Below, piece by piece: positions 16,287-25,888 of a DNA stretch of 38,907 nucleotides. Below the pieces are notes generated by a model. It did not search any database. It was not told the DNA's origin and saw only the letters and a program-made list of their open reading frames with translations. The first letter of the stretch is position 1; each line of letters begins with the position of its first letter. Both the position numbers and the translations under genes were made by a program. Origin of the DNA: a virus (lineage: Duplodnaviria; Caudoviricetes); the IMG/VR virus record IMGVR_UViG_3300025658_000255, positions 1 through 38,907 of that record; one strand, given 5' to 3'.

Positions 16287-16709
16287 ATGACAGCGGCTAG
16301 TATTAAACGTATATCTAATAGCATACCAGAGTTTTGTATGTCACATTGGTTACTTCGTGTACCACTAGCAATTGTCTTTATTCAACAGGGGCTGTCAAAG
16401 ATGCCTGTTGATATCGAAACAGCAGAATCGTTCGGACTGTCATACTTAGTATGGTGGTTTGTTGCATATGGGGAACTAGGTGCAGGCATAGGACTATTAA
16501 TTGGAGCCGTTGTAGGCCTCAAGCGTATTAGTCCTGAGCTTGGAGATATGTTAACAAGATTTTCAGGCATTACTATTTGTTCAATCATGACAGGAGTCAT
16601 TTGGATTGGGGAACCAGATAGTTTTACTGACGTTCTACTGTACGATAACCTACACGTATTATTATGGGTAGGTGGACTGTACTTTGCCTTGAGAGGCAAT
16701 CGTACATAG
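16287..16709 (+). CDS. DoxX family membrane protein
   Basis: LLRVPLAIVFIQQGLSK...VAYGELGAGIGLLIG...TRFSG. Confidence 0.8.
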   Translation: MTAASIKRISNSIPEFCMSHWLLRVPLAIVFIQQGLSKMPVDIETAESFGLSYLVWWFVAYGELGAGIGLLIGAVVGLKRISPELGDMLTRFSGITICSIMTGVIWIGEPDSFTDVLLYDNLHVLLWVGGLYFALRGNRT

Positions 16710-16773
16710 TGTTGCATCTCTGCAACACATAAGAGAAGATTTTTTGCAGCCGCAGCATTTTAGCTCTTAATGG

Positions 16774-16840
16774 TTGCTGAAGATCAATATAGGTTGTATA
16801 ATTACAATGTAGAAAGGACAAGTTCGACGCTTGTCCTTTC
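16774..16840 (+). promoter_or_regulatory. Porin promoter and 5' stem-loop
   Basis: TTGCTG-17-TATAAT (16774-16802); 11-bp hairpin GAAAGGACAAG/CTTGTCCTTTC at 16812-16840. Confidence 0.6.
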
Positions 16841-16874
16841 ATTTACACATAACAAAACAAAAAGGAAATATATT

Positions 16875-17651
16875 ATGCGTAACGTATTTATGACTGCATT
16901 TGCAGCATTAACCATTGCTGGCGCAGCGTCAGCAGCAGATTTAAGCGGCTCAGTCAAAATGGAAGTAACTGAAAATGCAGCAGGCGATGTAGTTAACACA
17001 ACTACACTAGGCTTAGGTCTAGCAAGAACTGGTGTAGCGTTTGGTAACATTGGCTTAGAAATTAATGACAGTTCAACACTAGTAGTTGACGAGTATGCTT
17101 TAGGTGTACAAGTAGGTGGCGCAACTGTATCAGTTGGTGACCAAGGTGACTTGTTCCCAGATGGCGGACTAGAAATGGTAGGCGACGATACATTAGCAGA
17201 TCCAGCAGACCACGATAGCCTAATGGTAACATGGGGCGGAGCAAGTGCAATGATCGGTGTACTAGATATGTCAGCAGACGCAACTGATATCGAAAACATT
17301 CAGTTGTCATACGGCACAGAACTAGGCGCTGGTCTAAGTGTAACAGGTGTTGTAGACATGAACGAAACAACAGACCTAAACACATATGCAGCTGAAGTAG
17401 GTGCAGACTTAGGTGTAGCATCAGCAAGCACAGTTATCACATATGCAGACAGTCATCTAGCTTATGAGCTTTCAATGAGTGCAATGGGTGTAACAGGTTT
17501 CATCAACGGTGATGAAGATGATATGGCTGAAAACATTGGCTTAGGTTACTCACGTGATGTAGCAGGCGGTTTGACATTGTATGCAGAAGGTGCATATGAT
17601 CTAGAAGCAGAAGACGACAAAATTGGTGTAGGCGCTTCATTCAACTTCTAA
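16875..17651 (+). CDS. Outer-membrane porin (Rhodobacter-type)
   Basis: AAGGA RBS; signal peptide ending ASA|AD; alternating beta-strands; C-terminal VGASFNF. Confidence 0.85.
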   Translation: MRNVFMTAFAALTIAGAASAADLSGSVKMEVTENAAGDVVNTTTLGLGLARTGVAFGNIGLEINDSSTLVVDEYALGVQVGGATVSVGDQGDLFPDGGLEMVGDDTLADPADHDSLMVTWGGASAMIGVLDMSADATDIENIQLSYGTELGAGLSVTGVVDMNETTDLNTYAAEVGADLGVASASTVITYADSHLAYELSMSAMGVTGFINGDEDDMAENIGLGYSRDVAGGLTLYAEGAYDLEAEDDKIGVGASFNF

Positions 17652-17671
17652 ACAATATAAATTGTTAAACT

Positions 17672-17700
17672 AAAAGGCGCTCTTCGGAGCGTCTTTTTTT
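17672..17700 (+). terminator. Rho-independent terminator
   Basis: AAAAGGCGCTC-TTCG-GAGCGTCTTTTTTT. Confidence 0.92.
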
Positions 17701-17749
17701 ATGGATAAATACTTATAGGAGTGAGGGCTCCTATAATGAGGGTAATAAT

Positions 17750-18235
17750 ATGATAGATCCAATTACAGCGATCTCTGCTGCCACGGCGGCATACAATGGT
17801 GTCAAGAAGCTGGTTTATGCTGGCAGAGAACTTGAAGACGTAGTAGGGCAACTAGGCAAGTGGTACGGCGCAGCAGCAGATATAAATCGTGCTGAAACAC
17901 AGCGCAAGAATCCGCCTATCTTTACAAAACTATTTAACGGCGGCTCTGTAGAGGAAGAAGCTCTAAGTATTATTGTACACAAAAAGAAACTAGCTGAACA
18001 AGAAAAAGAACTACAAGAAATGCTTAATGTGCGTTTTGGGTATGGTACTTGGAAAGAAATGATCGAGCTTCGTAGACAGATACGTAAAGAGCGTGAAGAA
18101 ACTATGTACAAGCAACAAGAGCGCAAAGCAGCATTCTTTGAAGGACTTATGCTTACTGGTTTATTAATCATGCTTGCTGCTATAGTAGGCGTTAGTATAT
18201 GGTTAACCGGTCTCGGCGCAGGTTGGTGGGGCTAA
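17750..18235 (+). CDS. Hypothetical protein, coiled coil plus C-terminal TM (MIDPIT family)
   Basis: 161 aa; late motif at 17705-17711. Confidence 0.75.
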   Translation: MIDPITAISAATAAYNGVKKLVYAGRELEDVVGQLGKWYGAAADINRAETQRKNPPIFTKLFNGGSVEEEALSIIVHKKKLAEQEKELQEMLNVRFGYGTWKEMIELRRQIRKEREETMYKQQERKAAFFEGLMLTGLLIMLAAIVGVSIWLTGLGAGWWG

Positions 18236-18249
18236 CACTAAATATCTAT

Positions 18250-18396
18250 ATGACAAAGATATTTAAGCACGATAGACATATGTCTGCATCACTACGCAGG
18301 CATAAAGAATCTTCTCGTAAAGTAAAACAAATGCGCAGATCCAAAGAACTTGACGCATTGAGGAAAGGTTATGATGACTCTCATAGAAAGAATTGA
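18250..18396 (+). CDS. Small basic protein (leaderless)
   Basis: CTAAATA (18238-18244) 5 nt before ATG 18250. Confidence 0.5.
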   Translation: MTKIFKHDRHMSASLRRHKESSRKVKQMRRSKELDALRKGYDDSHRKN

Positions 18397-18643
18397 GTAT
18401 CTAGCTGATGTTTACCCTACACTAGATACATTAGAAGCAAAAAATGAAAATGTAAAAGAGCGTATACATTTATTACGCAGAACAGAAGATTTTGAAAAAC
18501 GTGCAAAAGAAATATTTAATTTTCCACGTGTGGTTACATCTCCAACTAACGACGATATACGTTCTGCACATGAAGAACTACAAATGAAAATGCGTAGTAG
18601 TGAAATGAATGATCTTAAAGCAAAGTTGACAGGTAAACGATAA
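18371..18643 (+). CDS. Hypothetical protein
   Basis: 90 aa; GAGGAAAGG upstream. Confidence 0.6.
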   Translation: MMTLIERIEYLADVYPTLDTLEAKNENVKERIHLLRRTEDFEKRAKEIFNFPRVVTSPTNDDIRSAHEELQMKMRSSEMNDLKAKLTGKR

Positions 18644-18977
18644 GAAACGCAGTAGCATAATGGGCTATCTGATCTAGAGTTTGCCATTTCCAGAACGTTC
18701 TACTTTCTCTATCTATTTTAAAATAGGCAAAGATATTTGTTTTGCTCCAATCAATATGCCAATGTATTACATAGTCTAGTATTGAAAATATCAATGCCCA
18801 CATAGGCGACACAAAGAATATACACACAATAAAATTACATACAGCATGATCTCGATAGTGCCTGTGTCCGCGACCTAACCACGATAGTTTATCGTGTGGC
18901 GGTTTTAATAATGTTTGTAAAAATAAGTCGGCGGTTGCGTGTTTAACAAGTAAACAAAAGAAGAAAAACAGTTCCAT
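18615..18977 (-). CDS. DUF3307-like His-rich membrane protein
   Basis: KHATADLFLQ...H...HWHIDWSK...DQIAH pattern; minus-strand CTAAATA at 18982-18988. Confidence 0.7.
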   Translation of the reverse strand: MELFFFFCLLVKHATADLFLQTLLKPPHDKLSWLGRGHRHYRDHAVCNFIVCIFFVSPMWALIFSILDYVIHWHIDWSKTNIFAYFKIDRESRTFWKWQTLDQIAHYATAFLIVYLSTLL

Positions 18978-19026
18978 CATATATTTAGTAGTTTAATAAA
19001 TACATAGATAATAATGGAGGGCACCC

Positions 19027-19314
19027 ATGAACAATATTGAAATAAATCAAACAATTGACGACTATTCGTCTGATGAATTTGGTGAGTTTGGTGAAGGTGG
19101 CGACGAAGATCGAGTTGCTGTAGATTTCAGTGAAGAAGGTTTCGTTAAAAATATCACTATTGAAACTGACGAAGTTGCCGGGATGGGTGATGTGCAAGCA
19201 GGTATAGAATTTATATATCATATGCGCGAGCATCTAGTTGACGTAAGTGTTGCAACAATATACTTGTTAGTAGTATATGCAGCATACATGTGGATTAAAA
19301 AGAAATTATCATAA
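19027..19314 (+). CDS. Acidic protein with a C-terminal TM
   Basis: GGAGG RBS; ATAAATA at 18996-19002. Confidence 0.65.
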   Translation: MNNIEINQTIDDYSSDEFGEFGEGGDEDRVAVDFSEEGFVKNITIETDEVAGMGDVQAGIEFIYHMREHLVDVSVATIYLLVVYAAYMWIKKKLS

Positions 19315-19326
19315 GGGCAAATAAAA

Positions 19327-19791
19327 ATGTACGAATATAAATGTAAAATTTTAAGAGTAGTAGACGGCGACACAGTTGATGTAGATATCGACTTAGGGTT
19401 TGGAATGTGGATGCACAAAGAACGTGTGCGTATGATGGGTATAGATACTCCTGAGTCTCGCACAAGAGATAAAGTAGAGAAACTATTTGGACTAGCAGCA
19501 AAAGCACATCTTAAATCGCTATTACCTGTAGGGTCAATGCAAGTACTGAAGACAGAGATTGATCGTAGTGGCGAAGATAAAAAAGGCAAGTTTGGACGTA
19601 TACTAGGTGACTTCCTGCTAGAAGACAGACGAGCTACAGAGCAAATGATTGTTGACGGACATGCTGTTAATTATCATGGTGGTAGTAAAACAGAGATAGA
19701 AGCATTGCATTTACTCAACAGAACATTACTGTTAGAAAAAGGGTCTGTTGATAGAGCAGAGTATCAAAAACTGGTTGACAAAGCAAAGTAA
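19327..19791 (+). CDS. Thermonuclease (staphylococcal nuclease family)
   Basis: RVVDGDTVDV; RVRMMGIDTPESR; GKFGRILG. Confidence 0.9.
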   Translation: MYEYKCKILRVVDGDTVDVDIDLGFGMWMHKERVRMMGIDTPESRTRDKVEKLFGLAAKAHLKSLLPVGSMQVLKTEIDRSGEDKKGKFGRILGDFLLEDRRATEQMIVDGHAVNYHGGSKTEIEALHLLNRTLLLEKGSVDRAEYQKLVDKAK

Positions 19792-19827
19792 TATTGTATA
19801 CTAGTGGAGCAACAACGGAGTTTTACT

Positions 19828-20175
19828 ATGTCAATGCACCTTGTAGGTCCACACATGACTACAACCAAATACAATCGCAAATCAAAGTCTTCTAAGAGCA
19901 AGAAACTTGCTAAGGCACAAGCTGAGCACGAAGCTTATCTTAAGAAGCTAGGAGTCAAAGGCTCTGCAAAAGAAGTACGCTCAGAGATACCTGACTACAA
20001 CACAGGTCCTAGAGTAACTAGCGATAAGGTTGGTAATGGACATGCTAAAGAACGCAACGTTTATTCAGGTGAGCGTCAATTAATTGGTATTGCAACTATG
20101 CATAAGTCAAATATGGTGCCAATCTTTGCTGATAAGAAAGATGATGCAAAGGATATTGCGTCAATGCGACGATAA
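19828..20175 (+). CDS. Conserved T4-like hypothetical protein (GIATMHKSN motif)
   Basis: GGAG RBS before ATG 19828; TTGACA-16-TATACT at 19775-19802. Confidence 0.7.
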   Translation: MSMHLVGPHMTTTKYNRKSKSSKSKKLAKAQAEHEAYLKKLGVKGSAKEVRSEIPDYNTGPRVTSDKVGNGHAKERNVYSGERQLIGIATMHKSNMVPIFADKKDDAKDIASMRR

Positions 20176-20182
20176 ATAATAT

Positions 20183-22564
20183 ATGGCATTAGGAATATTA
20201 GTACTCATTACTGCTCTAACTATTAGTGCAGTAGCAATTTATTATAGCGTAGCAGGATTGGTTGCAATCTTTGCAGCGGCAGCTGTTCCCATTATTATTA
20301 TGGGTGGAGCACTAGAAGTTGGAAAACTCGTAACAGCAGTTTGGCTTCATAAGTATTGGAAACAAGCTACATGGTGGCTTAAGACCTATCTAACAGCAGC
20401 AGTTCTTGTTCTTATGTTTATTACAAGCATGGGTATCTTTGGCTTCCTAAGTAAAGCACACATTGAACAAACAAGTGCAGCACAAGAAGGTGTTGCTAAC
20501 ATAGAACGTATTGACTCAGAATTAGTTCGTCAAGAACAAATTATTACACGAGCCGAAGAACGTATTGTCGAAGCTGAAGCAAGTGTAGGGCAAGGCAACG
20601 ATGCACTACAAGCACAAATTGACAAAGAGCAAGGACGTATTGACACAGCATATGATCGTATCCAGCCAGGTATTAATGAGCAGAATACTATTGTTGCAGC
20701 GCAACTAAACAGCCTTGAAGATAGAGTTAAAGTATACGAAAATGAGCTAAAAAGCCTAGACAGCGATTTAGAACGATTGCAGGGTGTTGTAACAGACTAT
20801 AGAGACGAACTATCAAAAACCAATGTTGCTAGTATCGAAGAACAAGTAGACCCGTATAACAAACAAATAGAACAATTAGATGCAGACCTAGCACGTATCA
20901 ATACACAGGCAAACGAATACGAAGCACGTATATCGGAATTGAATATTGACATAAGTGCAGTTACAGCATTAGAACAACAGATCAGAACTATAGAAGATAA
21001 TATAGTCCTAACAACTAATAAACTACAAAGCCGCGAACGTGACAAGATTAAAGAAGGTCAAGCAGTTATCGGTGTAAGTAGTGACGGCTTGTTTGGCGGC
21101 AACACACAACGAGCACTTACAGCATGGGTTACAGCACAGCAAGAGCGCATTGCTACACTACAGGGTCAAGCAGTACAGCTACGTACACAAGCGCAGTCAG
21201 CACTTGACAACGAAAGAACACGCCTAACAAATCTAGTAACAGATTTGCGTGGCTCACAGACAGAGACAACACAACAAAGAAAGCAATCGTTACTTGATGC
21301 GATCGATAGTATTAGAGCTGGTGCTATTGATGAAAACAAAACAGCAAGGGCAGACATACAATTAAAGATTGATACAATCTTAAACACAGATATTCCTTCT
21401 AACAGGGAGGCTAGAACTACAGCACAAGAAGCTATTACGGCTCTTCGTCAAGCAGATGATCCTAGAATCAATGCTGCAAGACAAGCGATCAAAGATTTAC
21501 GTGCAAGTGCTGATGCACAGATCGCTGCTAGTAACACATTAATACAACGACTAAGAGATAATCTAACAGTAGGCAAGGATGCTGACGTAGAAGAATTAGT
21601 CGCTGCACAACAGGATAAGATTGTTACAGCAAACAACACAATAGATACATTAACAGAGGAAAAGTATGCTCTACAAGCTGAGTATAGAAAGCTTGAAGCA
21701 GAAGTAGGCCCAGTTAAATATCTAGCAGAATTTATCTATGGCGAAACAGCCACTGAAAACATATTAGAAGAAGCAGTACGTTGGGTAATACTTGTTATTA
21801 TATTTGTATTTGATCCACTTGCAGTTTTACTTCTTATAGCTAGCCAGTACACTTTCGAAATGCTTAAAAAGCGCAAGGAAGAAGAAGCAGGAGAAAGCCT
21901 TCGGCTCGAGAGAAATAGTTATCAAAGAGCAAGAGCACAAGCAATAGTAAACAATCCAGGTTTTAGTTTAGATCCCGTTAAGGACGAACAGCCTGCAGAG
22001 GAAAATAATGACACCAGAACAGAAATTAAAGAAGATGTTGGGAACAATGACATTGGAACCAACGATCAGGATGGAAGCACTCCCACCGGAGTGGCTGTGG
22101 CCAGAGAAGAAGTAATCACTCCACCTGAAGTATCAGAAGGAGATGATAATGGAACACCTGATCAAACTACAAATAGCAATATACAAGATGACGATGTGGA
22201 ACATAATGAACGAGATGGAAAAGCCGATGATGAAGCAAGTGTTCTACAACGGAGCAAAGTGGAGGGAACAGAAGAACAAGTTCCTAACAGTAAAACAGAG
22301 CAATTGGCCATTGGACTAGAAAAACCTTACACTAGAGAAGACCAAGAGAAGCGTTCAGCAGACTTAGCTGAAAAAGAACAAGACACTGATCATATGTCTA
22401 ATCGTGCTGCTTGGAAAAAAGACAATCCAAACGAAACACTTAAGATATACCGTAGAGCATATATAGAAGGTAAGATTAAAAAATTACCGTGGGAAGGGTA
22501 TAAACAAAATGACGAACAAAGCGACAACAGTCTTTTTAGTAAATTAAGAAAAGATGAAGATTAA
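20183..22564 (+). CDS. Large membrane-anchored coiled-coil protein with an internal peptidoglycan-binding-like motif
   Basis: N-terminal TMs; long heptad region; GVSSDGLFGGNTQRAL; second TM WVILVIIFVFDPLAVLLLIA; acidic tail. ATAAATA 4 nt before the ATG. Confidence 0.75.
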   Translation: MALGILVLITALTISAVAIYYSVAGLVAIFAAAAVPIIIMGGALEVGKLVTAVWLHKYWKQATWWLKTYLTAAVLVLMFITSMGIFGFLSKAHIEQTSAAQEGVANIERIDSELVRQEQIITRAEERIVEAEASVGQGNDALQAQIDKEQGRIDTAYDRIQPGINEQNTIVAAQLNSLEDRVKVYENELKSLDSDLERLQGVVTDYRDELSKTNVASIEEQVDPYNKQIEQLDADLARINTQANEYEARISELNIDISAVTALEQQIRTIEDNIVLTTNKLQSRERDKIKEGQAVIGVSSDGLFGGNTQRALTAWVTAQQERIATLQGQAVQLRTQAQSALDNERTRLTNLVTDLRGSQTETTQQRKQSLLDAIDSIRAGAIDENKTARADIQLKIDTILNTDIPSNREARTTAQEAITALRQADDPRINAARQAIKDLRASADAQIAASNTLIQRLRDNLTVGKDADVEELVAAQQDKIVTANNTIDTLTEEKYALQAEYRKLEAEVGPVKYLAEFIYGETATENILEEAVRWVILVIIFVFDPLAVLLLIASQYTFEMLKKRKEEEAGESLRLERNSYQRARAQAIVNNPGFSLDPVKDEQPAEENNDTRTEIKEDVGNNDIGTNDQDGSTPTGVAVAREEVITPPEVSEGDDNGTPDQTTNSNIQDDDVEHNERDGKADDEASVLQRSKVEGTEEQVPNSKTEQLAIGLEKPYTREDQEKRSADLAEKEQDTDHMSNRAAWKKDNPNETLKIYRRAYIEGKIKKLPWEGYKQNDEQSDNSLFSKLRKDED

Positions 22565-22940
22565 TGTAATCACTGCACCTGACTATGTATATACAGAAGG
22601 TGTTAACATGTTATTGGTGCATCCAAGCGATGAACTGCTTAAAACGTTACAGGACAATGTACTATCCCAATCAGATGTAGATGTAAATATTTACATACAA
22701 ACTAATTCAGACAACATTGAATGGCTGCTCAATACTTACAAGATGGCAGACGTTTGCATTATAGATGTAGATAATGTAGTCCCCGTAATAAGAGATGCTA
22801 TTGGATACTTTCTTGCCAATGCCAAAACATATTGGTTGACAAATGGTGAGAATATCGTGTATAATAGCATTAACAATAATAGAATTATGAATATAGAAGA
22901 CATAACAAACATAGGAGGTTTATTTGTCAAAACAACATAA
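22554..22940 (+). CDS. Hypothetical protein
   Basis: 128-aa ORF overlapping both neighbours. Confidence 0.65.
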   Translation: MKINVITAPDYVYTEGVNMLLVHPSDELLKTLQDNVLSQSDVDVNIYIQTNSDNIEWLLNTYKMADVCIIDVDNVVPVIRDAIGYFLANAKTYWLTNGENIVYNSINNNRIMNIEDITNIGGLFVKTT

Positions 22941-23190
22941 TACAGGTAAGAAAACAAACCCTCGGTACGACAACAGAGATGTTGGTCTACCTGGATCAAA
23001 AGTCGAAGTACGCAACAATGACATTACTAAAGCTATGCGTAAATTCAAAAGAAGAATTCAAGAAGACGGTATTCTGCAAGAATACAGAGAACGTCAATAC
23101 TTTGAAAAGCCAAGTCTTGTTCGTAAGAAAGCAAAAGCAGCAGCACGATCACGCTGGTTAAAGAAACTATCAAAACTTAACGATAACTAA
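22924..23190 (+). CDS. rpsU: 30S ribosomal protein bS21
   Basis: VEVRNNDITKAMRKFKRRIQEDGILQEYRERQYFEKPSLVRKK; AGGAGG RBS with TTG start; TTGACA-18-TATAAT at 22836-22865. Confidence 0.92.
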   Translation: MSKQHNTGKKTNPRYDNRDVGLPGSKVEVRNNDITKAMRKFKRRIQEDGILQEYRERQYFEKPSLVRKKAKAAARSRWLKKLSKLNDN

Positions 23191-23200
23191 TAGGTGATAC

Positions 23201-24343
23201 ATGCGTCTTGAAGAAGACATGAAGTACGACTATAAAGACGTTCTCATACGTCCTAAGCGCAGCACTTTGGGTAGCCGCAAAGAAGTAGATCTTAATAGAG
23301 GATTTACGTTCCGTAATTACACACCGCCAATGGTAGCAGAACCAACTGCTGAACCAGGTTACCCTGCTATGCCTAGACACTATCGCGGTATTCCTATTAT
23401 GGCTGCTAACATGGACGGTGTTGGTACATTTGAAATGGCTGACACTCTTGCTAAACAAGGTATGTTTACATGTCTTGTAAAAACCTATAGTGTAGAGCAA
23501 CTAGTAGAATACTTTGGTCCCGAATACCGTAAACAAAATGTGGCAATGAGTATTGGCATTACAGACGCAGATGCACAAAAGTTTCATCAAGTATATGCAC
23601 AAGCCGGAGAACATATGAAGTTTGTGTGTATTGATGTAGCAAATGGTTACTCAGAACGATTTGCTAGTTTCGTAAAGAAATTCAGGAATGATTATCCAAA
23701 TGTAGTAATTATAGCAGGTAACGTAGTTACTGGAGAAATGACGGAGGAATTAATTCTTGCAGGGGCAGACATTGTTAAAGTTGGTATTGGTCCTGGTTCT
23801 GTGTGTACTACTAGGATACAAACTGGTGTTGGATATCCGCAACTATCGGCGGTTATCGAGTGTGCTGACGCTGCTCATGGTCTTGGCGGCCATATTATTG
23901 CTGACGGCGGTTGTACTTGCCCTGGTGATGTAGCTAAAGCATTTGCTGCTGGCGCTGACTTTGTAATGCTTGGAGGCATGCTTGCCGGACACGATGAAGG
24001 CGGCGGCGAAGTAATTACTAAAACATATGAATCGAATGAACTCCTTGATGAAGGAGATGGATATTATGCTCCAGTTTACGATAAAAAACAGTTTGTGCAG
24101 TTCTACGGTATGAGTAGTGATGCAGCAAACACAAAGCATTTCGGAGGATTGAAAGATTATCGTTCTTCTGAAGGTAGAGAGGTCTTAGTTCCTTACAGAG
24201 GCTCTGTGGGTATAACCGTGCAAGATTTACTCGGAGGACTAAGATCTACCTGCACATATGCCGGAGCACAAAGGCTCAAGCATTTAAGTCGTTGTACAAC
24301 ATTTGTCCGTTGTACTCAACAATTCAACGCTGTTTATGCGTGA
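23201..24343 (+). CDS. guaC: GMP reductase
   Basis: [14 protein letters not shown]; ANMDGVG; CIDVANGYS; [13 protein letters not shown]; FYGMSS; YRSSEG. Confidence 0.93.
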   Translation: MRLEEDMKYDYKDVLIRPKRSTLGSRKEVDLNRGFTFRNYTPPMVAEPTAEPGYPAMPRHYRGIPIMAANMDGVGTFEMADTLAKQGMFTCLVKTYSVEQLVEYFGPEYRKQNVAMSIGITDADAQKFHQVYAQAGEHMKFVCIDVANGYSERFASFVKKFRNDYPNVVIIAGNVVTGEMTEELILAGADIVKVGIGPGSVCTTRIQTGVGYPQLSAVIECADAAHGLGGHIIADGGCTCPGDVAKAFAAGADFVMLGGMLAGHDEGGGEVITKTYESNELLDEGDGYYAPVYDKKQFVQFYGMSSDAANTKHFGGLKDYRSSEGREVLVPYRGSVGITVQDLLGGLRSTCTYAGAQRLKHLSRCTTFVRCTQQFNAVYA

Positions 24344-24385
24344 GTTGATAAATAACTTTGGACGCCATAATGGGTCCATACATAA

Positions 24386-24406
24386 TTCTTGCTTGATAAA
24401 GGAGAA
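24386..24406 (+). promoter_or_regulatory. ROSE-like RNA thermometer hairpin over the hsp20 SD
   Basis: TTCTTGCTT-gata-AAGGAGAA: U(U/C)GCU pairs with the SD, leaving a bulged G at 24391. Confidence 0.7.
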
Positions 24407-24411
24407 ATAAC

Positions 24412-24870
24412 ATGACAAGACTTACAACCCTAGACCTACCATCATTTCACAGAGCAACTATTGGCTTTGATCGACTATTTAATGATATGGAAAGAAGATT
24501 CCAAAATAGTCCAAATGCAACAGGTTACCCACCATACAACATAGCACAGATTAACGATGATGAATACATGATTAGTATTGCAGTCGCTGGCTTTGGCATG
24601 GATAATCTAGACATTACGAAAGATGGTAATATACTACGTATCGAAGGCACTGCTCCAAAAGGAGATGAACATGTCAATTATCTACACAAAGGTATTGGCG
24701 GACGCAACTTCCGCAGAGAATTTACGCTTGCAGATCACGTAGAAGTTGAAGGTGCAATGCTAGAACTTGGGATGCTAAATGTACATCTAGTACGTGAAAT
24801 ACCCGAAGAACTACAACCAAAGAAGATCAACATTAGAACTGCTGGTCAATCTCGCAAAATAAAAAAGTAA
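24412..24870 (+). CDS. Small heat-shock protein Hsp20 (IbpA-like)
   Basis: IGFDRLF; YPPYNI; IAVAGF; YLHKGIGGRNFRREFTLA; GML. Confidence 0.95.
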   Translation: MTRLTTLDLPSFHRATIGFDRLFNDMERRFQNSPNATGYPPYNIAQINDDEYMISIAVAGFGMDNLDITKDGNILRIEGTAPKGDEHVNYLHKGIGGRNFRREFTLADHVEVEGAMLELGMLNVHLVREIPEELQPKKINIRTAGQSRKIKK

Positions 24871-24881
24871 TTAAACTTAAA

Positions 24882-24905
24882 TACTGGGAGAGAAATCTCC
24901 CAGTA
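24882..24905 (+). promoter_or_regulatory. Perfect 10-bp GAAA-tetraloop hairpin between hsp20 and clpS
   Basis: TACTGGGAGA-GAAA-TCTCCCAGTA with no U-tail; overlaps TTAAATA at 24877-24883. Confidence 0.55.
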
Positions 24906-24921
24906 ACACATAGGAGCAAAC

Positions 24922-25230
24922 ATGGAATCTAATGCAGACGTAGTAATCGATGAAAAGATCGAACAAAAAATAACATTTCCAAACACATACCATGTCATTT
25001 TGCTTAATGACGACACAACTCCTATTGAATGGGTAGTTGAGATATTAGCTAGTGTCTTTAAACATTCAAATATCTCTGCTGAAAGCCTAACACTTGAAAT
25101 TCATAATGAAGGCTCAGCAGTAGTTGGTACATATCAATATGAGATTGCAGAACAGAAAGCAATCGAAACAACTAATCTAAGTAGAGACAAAGGATTTCCT
25201 TTACAAGTAAAGGTAGAAGAAAATAAATGA
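24922..25230 (+). CDS. clpS: ATP-dependent Clp protease adaptor ClpS
   Basis: YHVILLNDDTTPIEWVVEILASVF; IHNEGSAVVG; EIAEQK; GFPL. Confidence 0.92.
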   Translation: MESNADVVIDEKIEQKITFPNTYHVILLNDDTTPIEWVVEILASVFKHSNISAESLTLEIHNEGSAVVGTYQYEIAEQKAIETTNLSRDKGFPLQVKVEENK

Positions 25231-25763
25231 CAATAGAAGAGTTATTTGAGCAGGAACAATTAAAAGTACAGAATCATCCATTTACACAAGAGTTGTTAAA
25301 CTGTGAATCACAAATAACAGCAAAGAGGTATGCTACTTATCTTTTTAATCTTCACCCGCAACTTAATGTGTTAGAACAATTAAGTATCATAAATGATGTA
25401 AATGAAATAAGAGTAGCACCTAGTATTTGGTATGATTATAAAGAGCTATGGGCAACAACCGATACGCCAACAGAGTCTCCGGTTAAACTTCCGATAGTCG
25501 ACGAATATGTTTCAAGCCTTATGAAACTTAGAAATGACAGAAGGTCATTGAGATCACACATATATGTACGTCATATGTTAGATTTAAACCTAGCAGAGAT
25601 GTATTGTGTACCAGGTGAGAAAAGACTTTTCACATACCCTGATGATACTATCGAAGCAATAAAATCTAGATATGAAAATCATGAGGTTTCTCTTTACAAC
25701 ATCGAAATGCAAAAAGCATTTGATATAATTATAAAACAGCTTGATCAAATGGCAGAACTATAA
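25227..25763 (+). CDS. Heme oxygenase-like protein, degenerate
   Basis: HO-like pattern (HPFTQELL, YATYLFNL, SHIYVRHM, AF); proximal His and GDLSGG are not conserved. Confidence 0.7.
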   Translation: MTIEELFEQEQLKVQNHPFTQELLNCESQITAKRYATYLFNLHPQLNVLEQLSIINDVNEIRVAPSIWYDYKELWATTDTPTESPVKLPIVDEYVSSLMKLRNDRRSLRSHIYVRHMLDLNLAEMYCVPGEKRLFTYPDDTIEAIKSRYENHEVSLYNIEMQKAFDIIIKQLDQMAEL

Positions 25764-25888
25764 TGACTATTGGTGGAATAATTCTCTGTGCAACATTTTG
25801 GATCTATTGTGCAGGTATGGTTGTGTATGCAGTATATGCAACACGTAAAGCAAACGATCCATTTGGAAATTCAGGAACAAGACTATGA
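25763..25888 (+). CDS. 41-aa single-TM microprotein
   Basis: MTIGGIILCATFWIYCAGMVVYAVYATRKANDPFGNSGTRL*; TAATG and ATGA overlaps on the two sides. Confidence 0.6.
   Translation: MTIGGIILCATFWIYCAGMVVYAVYATRKANDPFGNSGTRL

Noticed and set aside
16770-16874. Extended porin N-terminus from the ORF track
   Set aside because: The region contains the promoter and a hairpin; the RBS and signal peptide indicate a start at 16875.
23201-24343. IMP dehydrogenase (guaB)
   Set aside because: There are no CBS domains, and the PKRSTL, ANGYS and FYGMSS motifs fit GMP reductase.
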